A stretch of DNA of 64,000 nt, taken from the NCBI GenBank assembly GCA_965198225.1, contig CBDAOY010000004.1:437102-501101 (forward strand). The letters are read 5' to 3'. Both the position numbers and the translations under genes were made by a program. Below the pieces are notes generated by a model that was given only the letters and a program-made list of their open reading frames with translations, ran no database searches and was not told the DNA's origin. This document shows positions 48,602 through 58,668 of this stretch, in pieces. The number at the start of each line of letters is the position of its first letter. The first letter of the stretch is position 1. The DNA is from Terriglobia bacterium (lineage in GTDB: Bacteria > Acidobacteriota > Terriglobia > 20CM-2-55-15).

Positions 48602-50146
48602 CTAGCCGAGCCGGAGGTCACCCACGACGCGAACGCGGAGACGGACGACGCCCCCCGGGATGTACTGCAAATGAATCTCTTCGACTTCGACGACGTGGAC
48701 AGTATCGGCAACGGCTCCGGCCTCCACTGCCTGCGCGCTCGCGTCAGCCGTCGCCTGTGCGATCGAGCTTTCTCTTCCAACCTCATCGTAGGACGCCACC
48801 CGGTCTACTTCTCCGCCGACCTGGGCGATTGCTGCTCCGATCGCGTTCGCGACCCCGGCATTTTCGGGAACGATCATCTCGCTGGTCCCCGCAATCGGCC
48901 GCGAGATCAAGACGGCGCCGCCCCCGACCAGGACCAACGGGACGGGGGCGGCGCTGGTCTTCATGCGATCGACGGCTTCTTCCAGTTTGCCGTGGATCGC
49001 GTCGAGACCGCCCTGAACGTGCTCGCGGTCGAGTTGTTTCACTCGTTCCGGATCGCCCATTCGCGCCGTTCCGGCCGCGACCGCTATATCGCTGGCTGTC
49101 AGGGTGTCTCCTCCGAAGACGAGACCCTCTTCAAGGAGCCTGTAACCGACCGAATCGGGGCCGACCGTTACCGAGGCGCCGCCTCGGACATAACTGCCGC
49201 CACCGAGGCCGACCGACAGGACGTCGGGCATGCGGAAGTTGGTTCGCACTTCGCCGATGTGAGCCGTGGCGGAGGATTCTCGCGGAAAGCCCTGGTGGAG
49301 CATCCCCACGTCGGTCGTGGTTCCGCCGATGTCGGCGACGACGGCATCCTTTAATCCTGAAAGATAGGCGGCCCCCCGCATGCTGTTCGTGGGGCCGGAG
49401 GCGAATGTGAGCACCGGGTGGTCCTCCGCATAGTCGGCGTTCATCAAGGTGCCGTCATTCTGGCTGATGTAGAAGGGCGCCCCGATTCGGAGCGCAGCCA
49501 GCGAGTTCCGGAACGACAGGATGACTTCAGCCGAAAGCTCTCGAAGGGCGGCGTTGATGATCGCGGCGTTTTCGCGTTCGAGCATGCCGATCCGTCCGAT
49601 CCGGCTCGACATAGTGACCTGTGCTTCGGGCAGCTTGTCGCGTATGATCTCGGCCGCTCTTTCCTCCTGAGTCGCGTTGACCTGGCTGAATATGCCGGCG
49701 ATCGCGACTGCCCGCAGGCCCTTGGAACGCATGTCCGCCGCCGCCCCGGCTATTGCCTCCTCGTCGAACGGAGAATTCACCCGCCCGTCGAAGTGGTAGC
49801 CACCGTGAACCTGGTATATGTGGGGGCCGACCGCCTGACGGAGGTCATCCGGCCAATCCACCATCGGTGGAATAGCTCTCCCCGCCGGGAGGCTGATTCG
49901 GAGCGTGCCCACTTCCTGAAGCCGTTTGCCTTCGACGAACGCGTTGGTGAAGTGGGTCGTGCCGGTCATCACGGCGATGATCCGATCCGGGGAAACACTG
50001 TCTTGTTCCAGGACCTCCCGGACCGCTGCGACGATTCCGCCGCCGATGTCTGGTGTGGTCGGGGACTTGGAAAGAGCGAGTACCTTCGCGCCGTCCATCA
50101 GGACGGCGTCCGTATTGGTCCCGCCGACGTCGACGCCGATGCGCAC
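48602..50146 (-). CDS. Hydantoinase/oxoprolinase family protein
   Basis: GVDVGGTNTDA, GTTHFTNA, ERENAAIINA, SGPTNSMRGA, DIGGTTTD. Confidence 0.92.
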   Translation of the reverse strand: MRIGVDVGGTNTDAVLMDGAKVLALSKSPTTPDIGGGIVAAVREVLEQDSVSPDRIIAVMTGTTHFTNAFVEGKRLQEVGTLRISLPAGRAIPPMVDWPDDLRQAVGPHIYQVHGGYHFDGRVNSPFDEEAIAGAAADMRSKGLRAVAIAGIFSQVNATQEERAAEIIRDKLPEAQVTMSSRIGRIGMLERENAAIINAALRELSAEVILSFRNSLAALRIGAPFYISQNDGTLMNADYAEDHPVLTFASGPTNSMRGAAYLSGLKDAVVADIGGTTTDVGMLHQGFPRESSATAHIGEVRTNFRMPDVLSVGLGGGSYVRGGASVTVGPDSVGYRLLEEGLVFGGDTLTASDIAVAAGTARMGDPERVKQLDREHVQGGLDAIHGKLEEAVDRMKTSAAPVPLVLVGGGAVLISRPIAGTSEMIVPENAGVANAIGAAIAQVGGEVDRVASYDEVGRESSIAQATADASAQAVEAGAVADTVHVVEVEEIHLQYIPGGVVRLRVRVVGDLRLG

Positions 50147-50204
50147 GCGACTACGTTACGGCGATGTGTGAGGAGTGACAAGTGGCAAAGTGATGAGGCC
50201 TCGG

Positions 50205-50229
50205 TGTAGGTGCGGTCTATGACCGCACA
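50205..50229. repeat. Single REP family A unit
   Basis: TGTAGGTGCGGTCTATGACCGCACA. Confidence 0.8.
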
Positions 50230-50258
50230 CTCTTCCTTAGTGACGAGTGACAAGTGAC

Positions 50259-51577
50259 CAGTAGTGTCCGACAGATTTAGGACCTCCCGGTCCTAAAGTT
50301 AGAACTGACGCGATGTAGCGCGCTTGTCAAGGTGTTAACGATTTGATTTCTGTGCGGCCTTCGCGGCAGCCTTTCCAGAGGTTTCTGGGAGGCACCGATG
50401 CACGCTGGCAAGCTGGTCTTCGCACAAGTCATGGAGTTCGCGCCGTGGTATACGTTCCGTCGTCTGGTGACCAAGTACCGCGGCAATTTCAACGTCCGCA
50501 CATTCAGTTGCCTGGACCAGTTCCTATGCATGGCCTTCGCTCAGCTGACCTATCGGGAGAGCCTGCGCGACATTCAAGCCTGCTTGCGAGCCCAACCCGC
50601 CAAGCTCTACCACCTGGGGTTGCACGGGAAGGTCAGCCGCAGTGCATTGGCCGATGCCAACGAGTCTCGCGACTGGCGCATCTACGGAGAGTTCGCTCAG
50701 GCGCTGATCCGCATCGCACGCCGCTTGTATGCCCACGAGCCGCTCGGGATCGACCTGGACGAAACCGTCTACGCGCTCGACTCCACGATGATCAGTCTGT
50801 GCTTGTCGCTGTTCCCTTGGGCGCACTTTCGAAAGACCGAAGCCGCGGTGAAGCTTCATACGCTGCTCGACCTGCGTGGCGGTATCCCCAGCTTCATCCA
50901 CATCTCCGAAGGCAGGCTGCACGACGTCAACGTTCTCGACCTGCTCATCGCCGAAGCCGGTGCTTTCTACGTGATGGACCGCGGCTATCTCGACTTCGAT
51001 CGCCTCTACACCTTCAATCAAGCCGGGAGCTTCTTCGTCACCCGTGCTCGATCCGACTTCGCGTTCAAGCGCATCTACTCCCAACCCGTCGACCGACACA
51101 CGGGCCTCATCTGCGATCAGACTATCGAACTGACCGTATTTCGCTCCCGCCGCGGCTACCCCGAACGGTTGCGTCGCATTCGTTATCGCGATCCCGAGGG
51201 TCGGCGACTGGTTTTCTTGACCAATCACATGACGCTCCCAGCCCGGACCATCTGCGAGTTGTATCGCCTGCGCTGGCAGGTGGAGCTGTTCTTCAAATGG
51301 ATCAAACAGCACCTGCGCATCAAGCGTTTCTTCGGCACTTCCGAGAACGCCGTCAAAACTCAGGTCTGGGTCGCCGTGAGCGTTTACGTGCTGGTGGCTA
51401 TCGTGCGTAAAGAACTGAATTTGCCTTTGTCGTTGCACTCAATGTTACAGATCTTGAGTGTCACACCATTTGAGAATGTGCCTCTTTTTCAGCTGCTTAC
51501 CGAATCCGGGCTCATCTCAAATCGACACTCTAACGCTAACCAATTGAATCTATTCTGAAACGTGTCGGACACTACTG
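50259..51577 (+). mobile_element. IS4-family insertion sequence
   Basis: 15-bp IR CAGTAGTGTCCGACA / TGTCGGACACTACTG; 9-bp target duplication ACAAGTGAC (50250-50258, 51578-51586). Confidence 0.92.
50398..51558 (+). CDS. IS4-family transposase (DUF4372 + DDE)
   Basis: ALDST, VKLHTLLD, MDRGY, YRLRWQVELFFKWIKQHL. Confidence 0.94.
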   Translation: MHAGKLVFAQVMEFAPWYTFRRLVTKYRGNFNVRTFSCLDQFLCMAFAQLTYRESLRDIQACLRAQPAKLYHLGLHGKVSRSALADANESRDWRIYGEFAQALIRIARRLYAHEPLGIDLDETVYALDSTMISLCLSLFPWAHFRKTEAAVKLHTLLDLRGGIPSFIHISEGRLHDVNVLDLLIAEAGAFYVMDRGYLDFDRLYTFNQAGSFFVTRARSDFAFKRIYSQPVDRHTGLICDQTIELTVFRSRRGYPERLRRIRYRDPEGRRLVFLTNHMTLPARTICELYRLRWQVELFFKWIKQHLRIKRFFGTSENAVKTQVWVAVSVYVLVAIVRKELNLPLSLHSMLQILSVTPFENVPLFQLLTESGLISNRHSNANQLNLF

Positions 51578-51906
51578 ACAAGTGACGAGTAAGAACGAGG
51601 AACCGCCGGGTGCCCTCAAGCAGCCGGCACCCGACGCAGACGTCTTCATCTGACCGCCCGCTACCTTCGCCCTCGACAACAGCGGGACGGCCAGTTCGTC
51701 CCCAGGCAGGGGTCTCCGCATCTCGTTTTTGACTCTTTGTCCAGTCCGAGGGTCACCGACCTCTTCGCAAACCTCCGGCACACTGGGAAGTCGCTTTCGC
51801 ATGAGCGGTTTACCGTCGATTCAATCCGAGTCGCTTTGGAATCAAGAGTGCGGCTATCCCTACAGCGAGCCCTACTTTACGGAGTCTGGCAGAAAAGGAG
51901 AGTGCG

Positions 51907-52200
51907 ATGAGAAAAGCACTGGTCATGGTGCCGATCGTCGCCGGGGGTGTCATCCTGGGCCGCAGCCTGATGCCCGCCCCCTGGCGCCAACGCATCGCTC
52001 AGCTACCTGAGAATGTGGTGGGTTGGATGCTGGACCACATGCCCGACAACTGACCGTGAAAGGTCATCATGTCTGGCGTGAACCAGATACAGCTACAGAA
52101 CAAAGAGATGCTCTCGCTCATGATGCCCGAGGGGCGTATGAGGGAACCGGCCCAGGCTCCCACGAAAGAAGGAGGGAAGACCGATGTGGCCGATGCATGA
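51907..52200 (+). CDS. Unannotated small membrane-anchored protein, candidate selenoprotein with U-P-U motif
   Basis: AAGGAG RBS, ATG 51907, hydrophobic N-terminus, TGA at 52051 and 52057, then 46 open codons up to the SHOCT gene; SECIS-like hairpin at 52070-52089. Confidence 0.6.
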
Positions 52201-52402
52201 ATTCTGGGGAGGCGGCTTCTGGCTGTTTCCACTGCTTTTTCTTCTGGTGATGGTCGTCTGCGTCCTTCGGTTTGGTCGGATGCCCGGTCAGGCTGGGATG
52301 CCAAAAAGTGGCGACCCTCCGCTGGAGATTGCCAAGCGTAGATTCGCAGAAGGAGAAATCAGCAAGGACGAATTCGAGACGATCAAGAGGACGCTCGCCT
52401 GA
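52184..52402 (+). CDS. SHOCT domain membrane protein
   Basis: TM helix then PLEIAKRRFAEGEISKDEFETIKRTL; GGAGG RBS. Confidence 0.88.
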   Translation: MWPMHEFWGGGFWLFPLLFLLVMVVCVLRFGRMPGQAGMPKSGDPPLEIAKRRFAEGEISKDEFETIKRTLA

Positions 52403-52424
52403 ACCCGTTCCGGCTTGGTCCTTG

Positions 52425-53993
52425 CTAATTCTTGCTGACGAGAAAGGGCTTCAGCGACGCGTTGTAGTTTGGGTGCCGGAGTTTCCGGAGCGCCCGTGCT
52501 TCGATCTGCCGGATGCGTTCACGGGTCAGGTCGTAGATCTGGCTGATCTCTTCCAGCGTGTGTTCCCGGCCGTCTTCGAGGCCGAAGCGCAAACGGATGA
52601 TCCGTCGCTCGCGCGCATCGAGCCGGCTCAACACGTCCTCGGTCACGCGCCTCATACTTGCTTCGACTACCTTGTCGTCGGGTGACGGAGAGTTGTCGTC
52701 GCAGATGAACTTTCCGATGGGCGAGTCCTGCTCCTGGGAGATCGGAGCTTCGAGCGAGATCGGCGTCTGCGCAGACCGTCGGATGAACTCGACCTTCGAA
52801 ACGGGAATCTCCATTTTCGCCGCGATCTCGTCCTCGGTCGGCTTCCGGCCGAGTTCCTGCAGGAGCGTCCGGGAGGCACGTGTCAGCTTGTTGATGGTCT
52901 CGATCATGTGGACCGGAACCCGTATCGTTCGGGCCTGGTCGGAAATCGCTCGCGTTATCGCCTGGCGGATCCACCATGTGGCGTACGTGGAGAACTTGTA
53001 GCCGCGACGGTAGTCGAACTTCTCGGTCGCGGTCATCAGGCCGATATTTCCCTCCTGAATCAGATCGAGGAAGTGCAGGCCCCGGTTGTGGTACTTCTTC
53101 GCGATGGAAATCACCAGACGCAAGTTTGCCTCGATCAACTGTCGGCGGCCCTGTTCGATCTCAAACTGTGCGGCTTCGATCTTTCGGTGGACCCGGCGGA
53201 TCGTTCTCGCATCGGTCTTTGACTCTCTCGCGATCTCTCGTATGGCCGACCGGGTGGCCCGCACTTCCTTCCGGACGCTCGCACTGTTCTCCCTGGCCTG
53301 GAGGTCTTCCAGGTTTCTTTCCAGGCCGGACAGTTCCTCCCCCGTCGTGCGAACCTGGTCGACGAGGCGGGTACGCTCGATCTTGGACAGGTTCAAGCTG
53401 CGAAACTTCCGCGACAGCAGCACCGACTCCCGCCCCAGTTTCCACTTCAACCTGCGGAGTTCGGCCGCCTTCCCCCTCTTGGGCATCGCATCGACTCTGG
53501 CGCGGAGGCGGGACACCTGACGGTACTGCCGGGCGATCTCGGCGATGGCCTCCAGCCGATCACCGCAGCGCTCTTCGAGTTGGTCCGGCAGCTCCGTTTC
53601 CTGCCATACAAATGCCCGATGCACGATCTGGGGCTCGTCTTTGAGTCTCTTTCCGAACTCGATAATCTGTTCGATCACCATGGGGGCCCGTGACAGAGCG
53701 GTTAGGACATCGCGCCGTCCCCCCTCCATCCGTCGCCCGATCTGTTGCTCGCCGGCGCGGGTCAACAGCGGTACGGTGCCGCTGCGGTTGAGATACATCC
53801 GCACTGGATCGACAGCTCCGCCCGTGGCTTCCGGCGAGACTTCGAGCCGATCGTCCGGCGACTCTTCGTCTTCGAAAGACCCTGGTTCCCAGGGATTGCT
53901 GTCTCGAGGGTCTCGATCGATTCCGATCGGCGACAACTGTTCACTCTCGTCGTCGGGCCGATCGCCCTCGGCGATTTCCAGTAACTGTTCCAT
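52425..53993 (-). CDS. RpoD-like sigma70 factor (no evident region 1.1; probable paralog)
   Basis: [53 protein letters not shown]. Confidence 0.92.
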   Translation of the reverse strand: MEQLLEIAEGDRPDDESEQLSPIGIDRDPRDSNPWEPGSFEDEESPDDRLEVSPEATGGAVDPVRMYLNRSGTVPLLTRAGEQQIGRRMEGGRRDVLTALSRAPMVIEQIIEFGKRLKDEPQIVHRAFVWQETELPDQLEERCGDRLEAIAEIARQYRQVSRLRARVDAMPKRGKAAELRRLKWKLGRESVLLSRKFRSLNLSKIERTRLVDQVRTTGEELSGLERNLEDLQARENSASVRKEVRATRSAIREIARESKTDARTIRRVHRKIEAAQFEIEQGRRQLIEANLRLVISIAKKYHNRGLHFLDLIQEGNIGLMTATEKFDYRRGYKFSTYATWWIRQAITRAISDQARTIRVPVHMIETINKLTRASRTLLQELGRKPTEDEIAAKMEIPVSKVEFIRRSAQTPISLEAPISQEQDSPIGKFICDDNSPSPDDKVVEASMRRVTEDVLSRLDARERRIIRLRFGLEDGREHTLEEISQIYDLTRERIRQIEARALRKLRHPNYNASLKPFLVSKN

Positions 53994-54365
53994 TTTCTTG
54001 ATTAGTTGCCTTTCCAGAGGGAGTTCCGCATCTGAACCAAATGTATGCCTGTCGAGGCAGATTTCAAGCCTAGCTCGAAGAAATTACTCGAGAAAAAGAC
54101 TTTACTGGGCGGGGCCGTGCATCGAGGCAGTCCAGATGCGATGGAACGGGAGGCCGTCGGAGCGGTGGCGACCAGGTAGGCGAGCAGTGTACGGATCTAG
54201 CGCAGGCGGCACGAAGAACGCTGCCGGTTCTAGAGACCTCCACCGACGTGGGGCTGGACGGAGCTGGGCCCTCCGCCCGTTGGGCCAAGGGGTACGGTTC
54301 GAATCACCCTTTCCTCATGGCCGGCCGCCACCCAAACGCTGTAAACTTGCGCGCGAGGAGAACCG

Positions 54366-56783
54366 ATGATCCGAGACTTCAAGGCGGCGCTCCGTTCGCT
54401 CAGGAACCGGCCCGGATACACGGCAGTGATCGTGGCGACTCTGGCGATCGTTGTCGGTTGCAACACGGCGATATTCACCCTGCTCAACACCGTGTTGATC
54501 CGGCCACTCGCTTACAACGATCCGGATCGACTCGTGACGGTGTTCGAGAACAACCGCCCGCAGGGACTCGACCAGATGAGCGTTTCGGCGCCCACCTATC
54601 TAGACTGGCGGGAGCGATCGCGGTCGTTCGACGAGATGGCGGCCTACCGGTATCTCGGTCACACGCTGACGAAAGACGACAGCGATCCCGAACGCATCGT
54701 CACGCTTGAAGTCTCCCCGTCGCTGTTCCGCACGCTTGGCGTGAGCCCGTTTCTCGGCCGCGCTTTCGTCGACGAAGAAGAAACCGTCGGCAGCGCACCG
54801 GTCGCGATCCTGAGCTACGCCGCCTGGTCCAACCGGTTCGGAAGCGATCCCGGTGTGCTCGAATCGACGATTCGCCTCGACAGTCAGCCCTACACCGTCG
54901 TGGGCGTCATGCCCGCCGGTTTTGAGTTCCCCCCGGCCGATGCGGACGCGGAAGTCTGGATGCCGGTTCAGATGCTGCAGGATTTCCAGAGGCCGCGTGT
55001 CCACCGCATGTATGAGGTCATCGGCCATCTGGCGCCGGGTGCGACCCTCGAAGGGGGCCGTCGCGAGCTGAACGCGATCACGGCGGACATCGCTGCCGAA
55101 AACCCGGATTCCCACACAGGCTGGGGAGCGACATTGGTGCCTTCGCACGATCAGCTGGTGGGCGACGTCCGTACGATGCTCTGGATGCTGTTCGGAGCGG
55201 TCACCCTGGTTCTTCTGATCGGCTGCGTGAACGTGGCGAACCTGGTTCTGGCACGCTCTGCAGAGTCGAGTCGCGAATTTGCCATCCGCTCGGCCTTCGG
55301 CGCCCGTGGGTTGGCGTTGCTGCGCCTTTCGCTTGCGGAAGGGCTGCTCCTTGCTGTAGCGGGCGGCGCGGCTGGTCTGGGGGTCGCCTACTGGGGTGTC
55401 AACGGGTTGCGCCAGCTCATCCCGGCGAGTGTCCCCAGAGCAAATGCGATCGAGATCAACGTCGAGGTGCTGATCTTCACCGGATTCGTATCCCTAGTAG
55501 CTGGAATGATCTTTGGAGTCGTGCCGGCATTGCGAACGATGCGTCCGGATCTGATCGAAGTACTACAGGCGTCGGGCAGGGGAACGTCGATCAGCCGGGG
55601 GGTGCGGCGATTGAGCGACTTCATGGTCGCCGCTGAGGTGGCCCTGGCGGTCGTCCTGCTGGTGGGGGCCGGTCTGATGGTGGGCAGCCTCCTTCACCTG
55701 CTCGACACGAATCCGGGATTCCGGAAGAGCAACGTCGTGTCCGCGGTCGTGTCGCTTCCCCGGGCGCGGTATCCGGGACGTGAACAAATGCGACAGTTCT
55801 ACGGCGACCTGGTGGGGCGTCTCGACGCGCTTCCCGACGTCGAATCAGCCGGAGCCGTTTCGGCACTTCCGATGAGCGCGGTCGGAACCGACTTCAATCT
55901 TCCGTTTACCCCGCCGGGCCAGGAGATTGCTTCACCCAGCGAGAGACCGCGCGCCGGAACCCGCATCGTTATCCCGGGTTACTTCCGGGCGATGGGCATC
56001 CCGCTCATCAGAGGCCGCGTTCTCGACGAGTTCGACGGAAGGGAAGACGCGCGCCGTGGCGGGCTGATAAACGAGACCATGGCCCGCCTCTACTTCCGGG
56101 AGGTCGAGCCCCTTGGTCAGGTTCTCGCCGTACCGATGATGGGCGATATCGAGATCGTCGGCATCGTCGGCGACGTCCGCCACGAAGGCCTGCAGGCCGA
56201 AGCCGGTCCCGAAATCTTTGTCCCGTTCAACGTGTTTCCCCAGCCCGAGATGCACGTTGTAGCCCACGCGACCGGCGATGCGAACAGCATGATCTCGACG
56301 ATCCGCTCACAGATTCTACAGATCGACCCTCAGCAGCCGATCACCGAGTCTTCGAGTATCGAACGGTTGCTCTCGACATCGATCGCGCAGCCCCGTTTCA
56401 ACATGGCGCTGCTGATCGGCCTGGCTTTCTGCGCCGTGGTGCTTGCCGCCGTGGGCATCTACGCCGTTGTTTCATACGCCGTGGCGAGACGGACGATGGA
56501 GATCGGGGTCCGGATGGCGCTTGGGTCGAGCCGGGACCAGACGCTCAAGCTCATCGTGGGTGAAGCCCTACGCGTTGTCGCGGTCGGCGCTGCTATCGGT
56601 CTGGCCGGGGCTTTTGGCCTGGTTCGCCTGATCCAGAGCCTGCTCTACGAGGTCCAGCCAACGGACCCACCGACCTATGTCTCGGCGGTCTTCGTGGTTG
56701 TCCTCGTTGGCCTGATGGCCGCGATCGTCCCCGCCGTCCGCGCGACACAGGTGGACCCGGTCGTCGCGCTGCGCGAGGAGTAA
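54366..56783 (+). CDS. ADOP-type duplicated ABC permease
   Basis: CNTAIFT, LLIGCVNVANL, RRTMEIGVRMALG, VDPVVALREE. Confidence 0.92.
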   Translation: MIRDFKAALRSLRNRPGYTAVIVATLAIVVGCNTAIFTLLNTVLIRPLAYNDPDRLVTVFENNRPQGLDQMSVSAPTYLDWRERSRSFDEMAAYRYLGHTLTKDDSDPERIVTLEVSPSLFRTLGVSPFLGRAFVDEEETVGSAPVAILSYAAWSNRFGSDPGVLESTIRLDSQPYTVVGVMPAGFEFPPADADAEVWMPVQMLQDFQRPRVHRMYEVIGHLAPGATLEGGRRELNAITADIAAENPDSHTGWGATLVPSHDQLVGDVRTMLWMLFGAVTLVLLIGCVNVANLVLARSAESSREFAIRSAFGARGLALLRLSLAEGLLLAVAGGAAGLGVAYWGVNGLRQLIPASVPRANAIEINVEVLIFTGFVSLVAGMIFGVVPALRTMRPDLIEVLQASGRGTSISRGVRRLSDFMVAAEVALAVVLLVGAGLMVGSLLHLLDTNPGFRKSNVVSAVVSLPRARYPGREQMRQFYGDLVGRLDALPDVESAGAVSALPMSAVGTDFNLPFTPPGQEIASPSERPRAGTRIVIPGYFRAMGIPLIRGRVLDEFDGREDARRGGLINETMARLYFREVEPLGQVLAVPMMGDIEIVGIVGDVRHEGLQAEAGPEIFVPFNVFPQPEMHVVAHATGDANSMISTIRSQILQIDPQQPITESSSIERLLSTSIAQPRFNMALLIGLAFCAVVLAAVGIYAVVSYAVARRTMEIGVRMALGSSRDQTLKLIVGEALRVVAVGAAIGLAGAFGLVRLIQSLLYEVQPTDPPTYVSAVFVVVLVGLMAAIVPAVRATQVDPVVALREE

Positions 56784-57029
56784 GGAATTCACCGCCCGCT
56801 TGGACGCGGGCTTCTCCAGGACCCCCTCCCCTCGATCTGTTTTGGATAAGGATGGTCCGAAATAGCATCTCGCTACGTGAGGTGGGCTCACACAGCCGGT
56901 GAGTCGCTCTTACCTCTTATGGAAGATTTTCTGTGGAAGCACTGCGAGATTGTGAGGCTCCAGCACGTATATTTATTGAAGGACTTACGGCAAGCGGCCG
57001 AGGACCTGGTTTCGACAAGGAGTTGAGTT

Positions 57030-57230
57030 TTGACAAAACTGTTTCGTTCCCAGACCGACAAGAAGATTGCCGGCATCTGCGGCGGAATCGCGGAGGCCTA
57101 CGTGCTCGACTCGAATCTGGTTCGAGTCGCCCTGGTTTTCCTTGGACTCGCTACCGGAGGGATACCCTTCCTGATTGCTTATCTGGTCGGTTGGATCATC
57201 ATCCCAATCGGTTCTCGACACGTCGAATGA
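57030..57230 (+). CDS. PspC domain protein
   Basis: KLFRSQTDKKIAGICGGIAE..AYLVGWIIIP; TTG start after AAGGAG. Confidence 0.9.
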   Translation: MTKLFRSQTDKKIAGICGGIAEAYVLDSNLVRVALVFLGLATGGIPFLIAYLVGWIIIPIGSRHVE

Positions 57231-58183
57231 CACCCAAGCGACCGCGTCGCGTCCGTATCGGCATCTCGACCTGCCTGCTCGGAGACCGGGTCCGCTATGA
57301 TGGGGGCCACAAGCGCGACACCTTCCTCGTCGACCGTTTTGGGAAATATGTCGAATGGGTGCCTGTCTGTCCCGAGGTAGAGGCGGGGATGTCGATACCC
57401 AGGGACTTCCTCCGACTGGTCGACGTCGGCGGGGAGGTTCGGATGGTCGCGCCGAACACGGGCCGGGACCACACGGCACAGATGCGGCGTTTTGCCCGGG
57501 CGCGCGTGCGGACGCTGTCGCAGGAAAGTCTGTCCGGGTACATCTTCAAGCGCAGTTCGCCGTCCTGCGGCGTCGAGCGGGTCAAGGTCTACAGAGACGG
57601 AATCCCAGGCGGAAGGGGCCGCGGCCTGTTCGCCTCGGCGTTGATCGAGGCGAGCCCCACCCTGCCGGTGGAAGAAGAGGGGCGGTTGAACGACCCCCGG
57701 CTGCGGGAGAACTTCGTGTCCCGCGTCTTCGCGCACCATCGCTGGCACGAGTTGGGTCGAAAAACCCGCAAGGCAATGATGGAATACCACGCCGCACACA
57801 AATTCGTGTTGATGTCGCACAGCCAGCAGGGCATGCGGCGGCTGGGTGCGATGCTGGGCGGGGCAAAGGAGTATCCCGGAACGCGGGAGCTGACGGACGC
57901 CTACTGGGCGGAGTTCTCCGAGATCATGAAGCGAACGCCCTCACGCCGCAATCACACGAACGTGCTGCAGCATATCGCCGGGTTCGTTTCCGACAGGATC
58001 GACGCCGAGGATCGTGCCGAACTGCAGCAGGCGATCGAGCACTACCGACTGGAGCTGACGCCCTTGATCGTCCCCGTGACCCTGTTGCGTCACTACGTGC
58101 GGCGGCTGCGGATCGGGTACCTGCAGGGCCAGGTCTATCTCGATCCGCACCCGGATGAACTGATGTTGTTGAACCAGCTGTGA
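57227..58183 (+). CDS. DUF523-DUF1722 (YbbK/YbgA) fusion, TudS-like desulfidase domain
   Basis: STCLLGDRVRYDGGHK, VCPEVE, SPSCG, EEEGRLNDPRLRENF, HTNVLQHIAG. Confidence 0.9.
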   Translation: MTPKRPRRVRIGISTCLLGDRVRYDGGHKRDTFLVDRFGKYVEWVPVCPEVEAGMSIPRDFLRLVDVGGEVRMVAPNTGRDHTAQMRRFARARVRTLSQESLSGYIFKRSSPSCGVERVKVYRDGIPGGRGRGLFASALIEASPTLPVEEEGRLNDPRLRENFVSRVFAHHRWHELGRKTRKAMMEYHAAHKFVLMSHSQQGMRRLGAMLGGAKEYPGTRELTDAYWAEFSEIMKRTPSRRNHTNVLQHIAGFVSDRIDAEDRAELQQAIEHYRLELTPLIVPVTLLRHYVRRLRIGYLQGQVYLDPHPDELMLLNQL

Positions 58184-58668
58184 GCCTCGTCAGGAAGATA
58201 CTCGCGGGCATTCTTATCTTCACCGTGATCGGCTACGGCGGCGTCCTCGTCGTTGTCGTGTCTTCACCTGAACCGCCATCGGGTTCCCACGACGGGCTGC
58301 TCCCGTGCCCGGAAAGTCCGAACTGCGTGTCGAGTCGCGCCTCAGCCGACGATTCGACCCATTTCATCGAGCCTTTCCGATTCCAGGGACTTACCGAAGA
58401 GGCCTGGACGGCTTTGAAGTCGGGCGTGTCGTCGCTGCCGCGAAGCACGATCGTGGGCGAGTCTTCGGGTTACCTGCACTTCGAGGTAAGAACGTTCATT
58501 TTCCGATTTATCGATGATGTCGAGTTCCTGCTCGTTGCCGACGAACAGACCATCCACATGCGGTCTGCCTCGAGGCTGGGCTATGGTGACCTGGGGGTGA
58601 ACCGAAAGCGTGTGGAAACGATCAGGCAGATGCTGGATCAGACCCGGACGTTCCGACGCCAACCGTGA
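58180..58668 (+). CDS. DUF1499 family protein
   Basis: PCPESPNCVSS, FIDDVEF, RSASRLGYGDLGVNRKR. Confidence 0.9.
   Translation: MSLVRKILAGILIFTVIGYGGVLVVVVSSPEPPSGSHDGLLPCPESPNCVSSRASADDSTHFIEPFRFQGLTEEAWTALKSGVSSLPRSTIVGESSGYLHFEVRTFIFRFIDDVEFLLVADEQTIHMRSASRLGYGDLGVNRKRVETIRQMLDQTRTFRRQP

Noticed and set aside
47612-49354. 580-aa plus-strand ORF
   Set aside because: Shadow of the DUF917 and hydantoinase genes in GC-rich DNA.
51572-51802. 76-aa minus-strand ORF next to the IS4
   Set aside because: No RBS or recognisable family; its end runs into the IS terminus.
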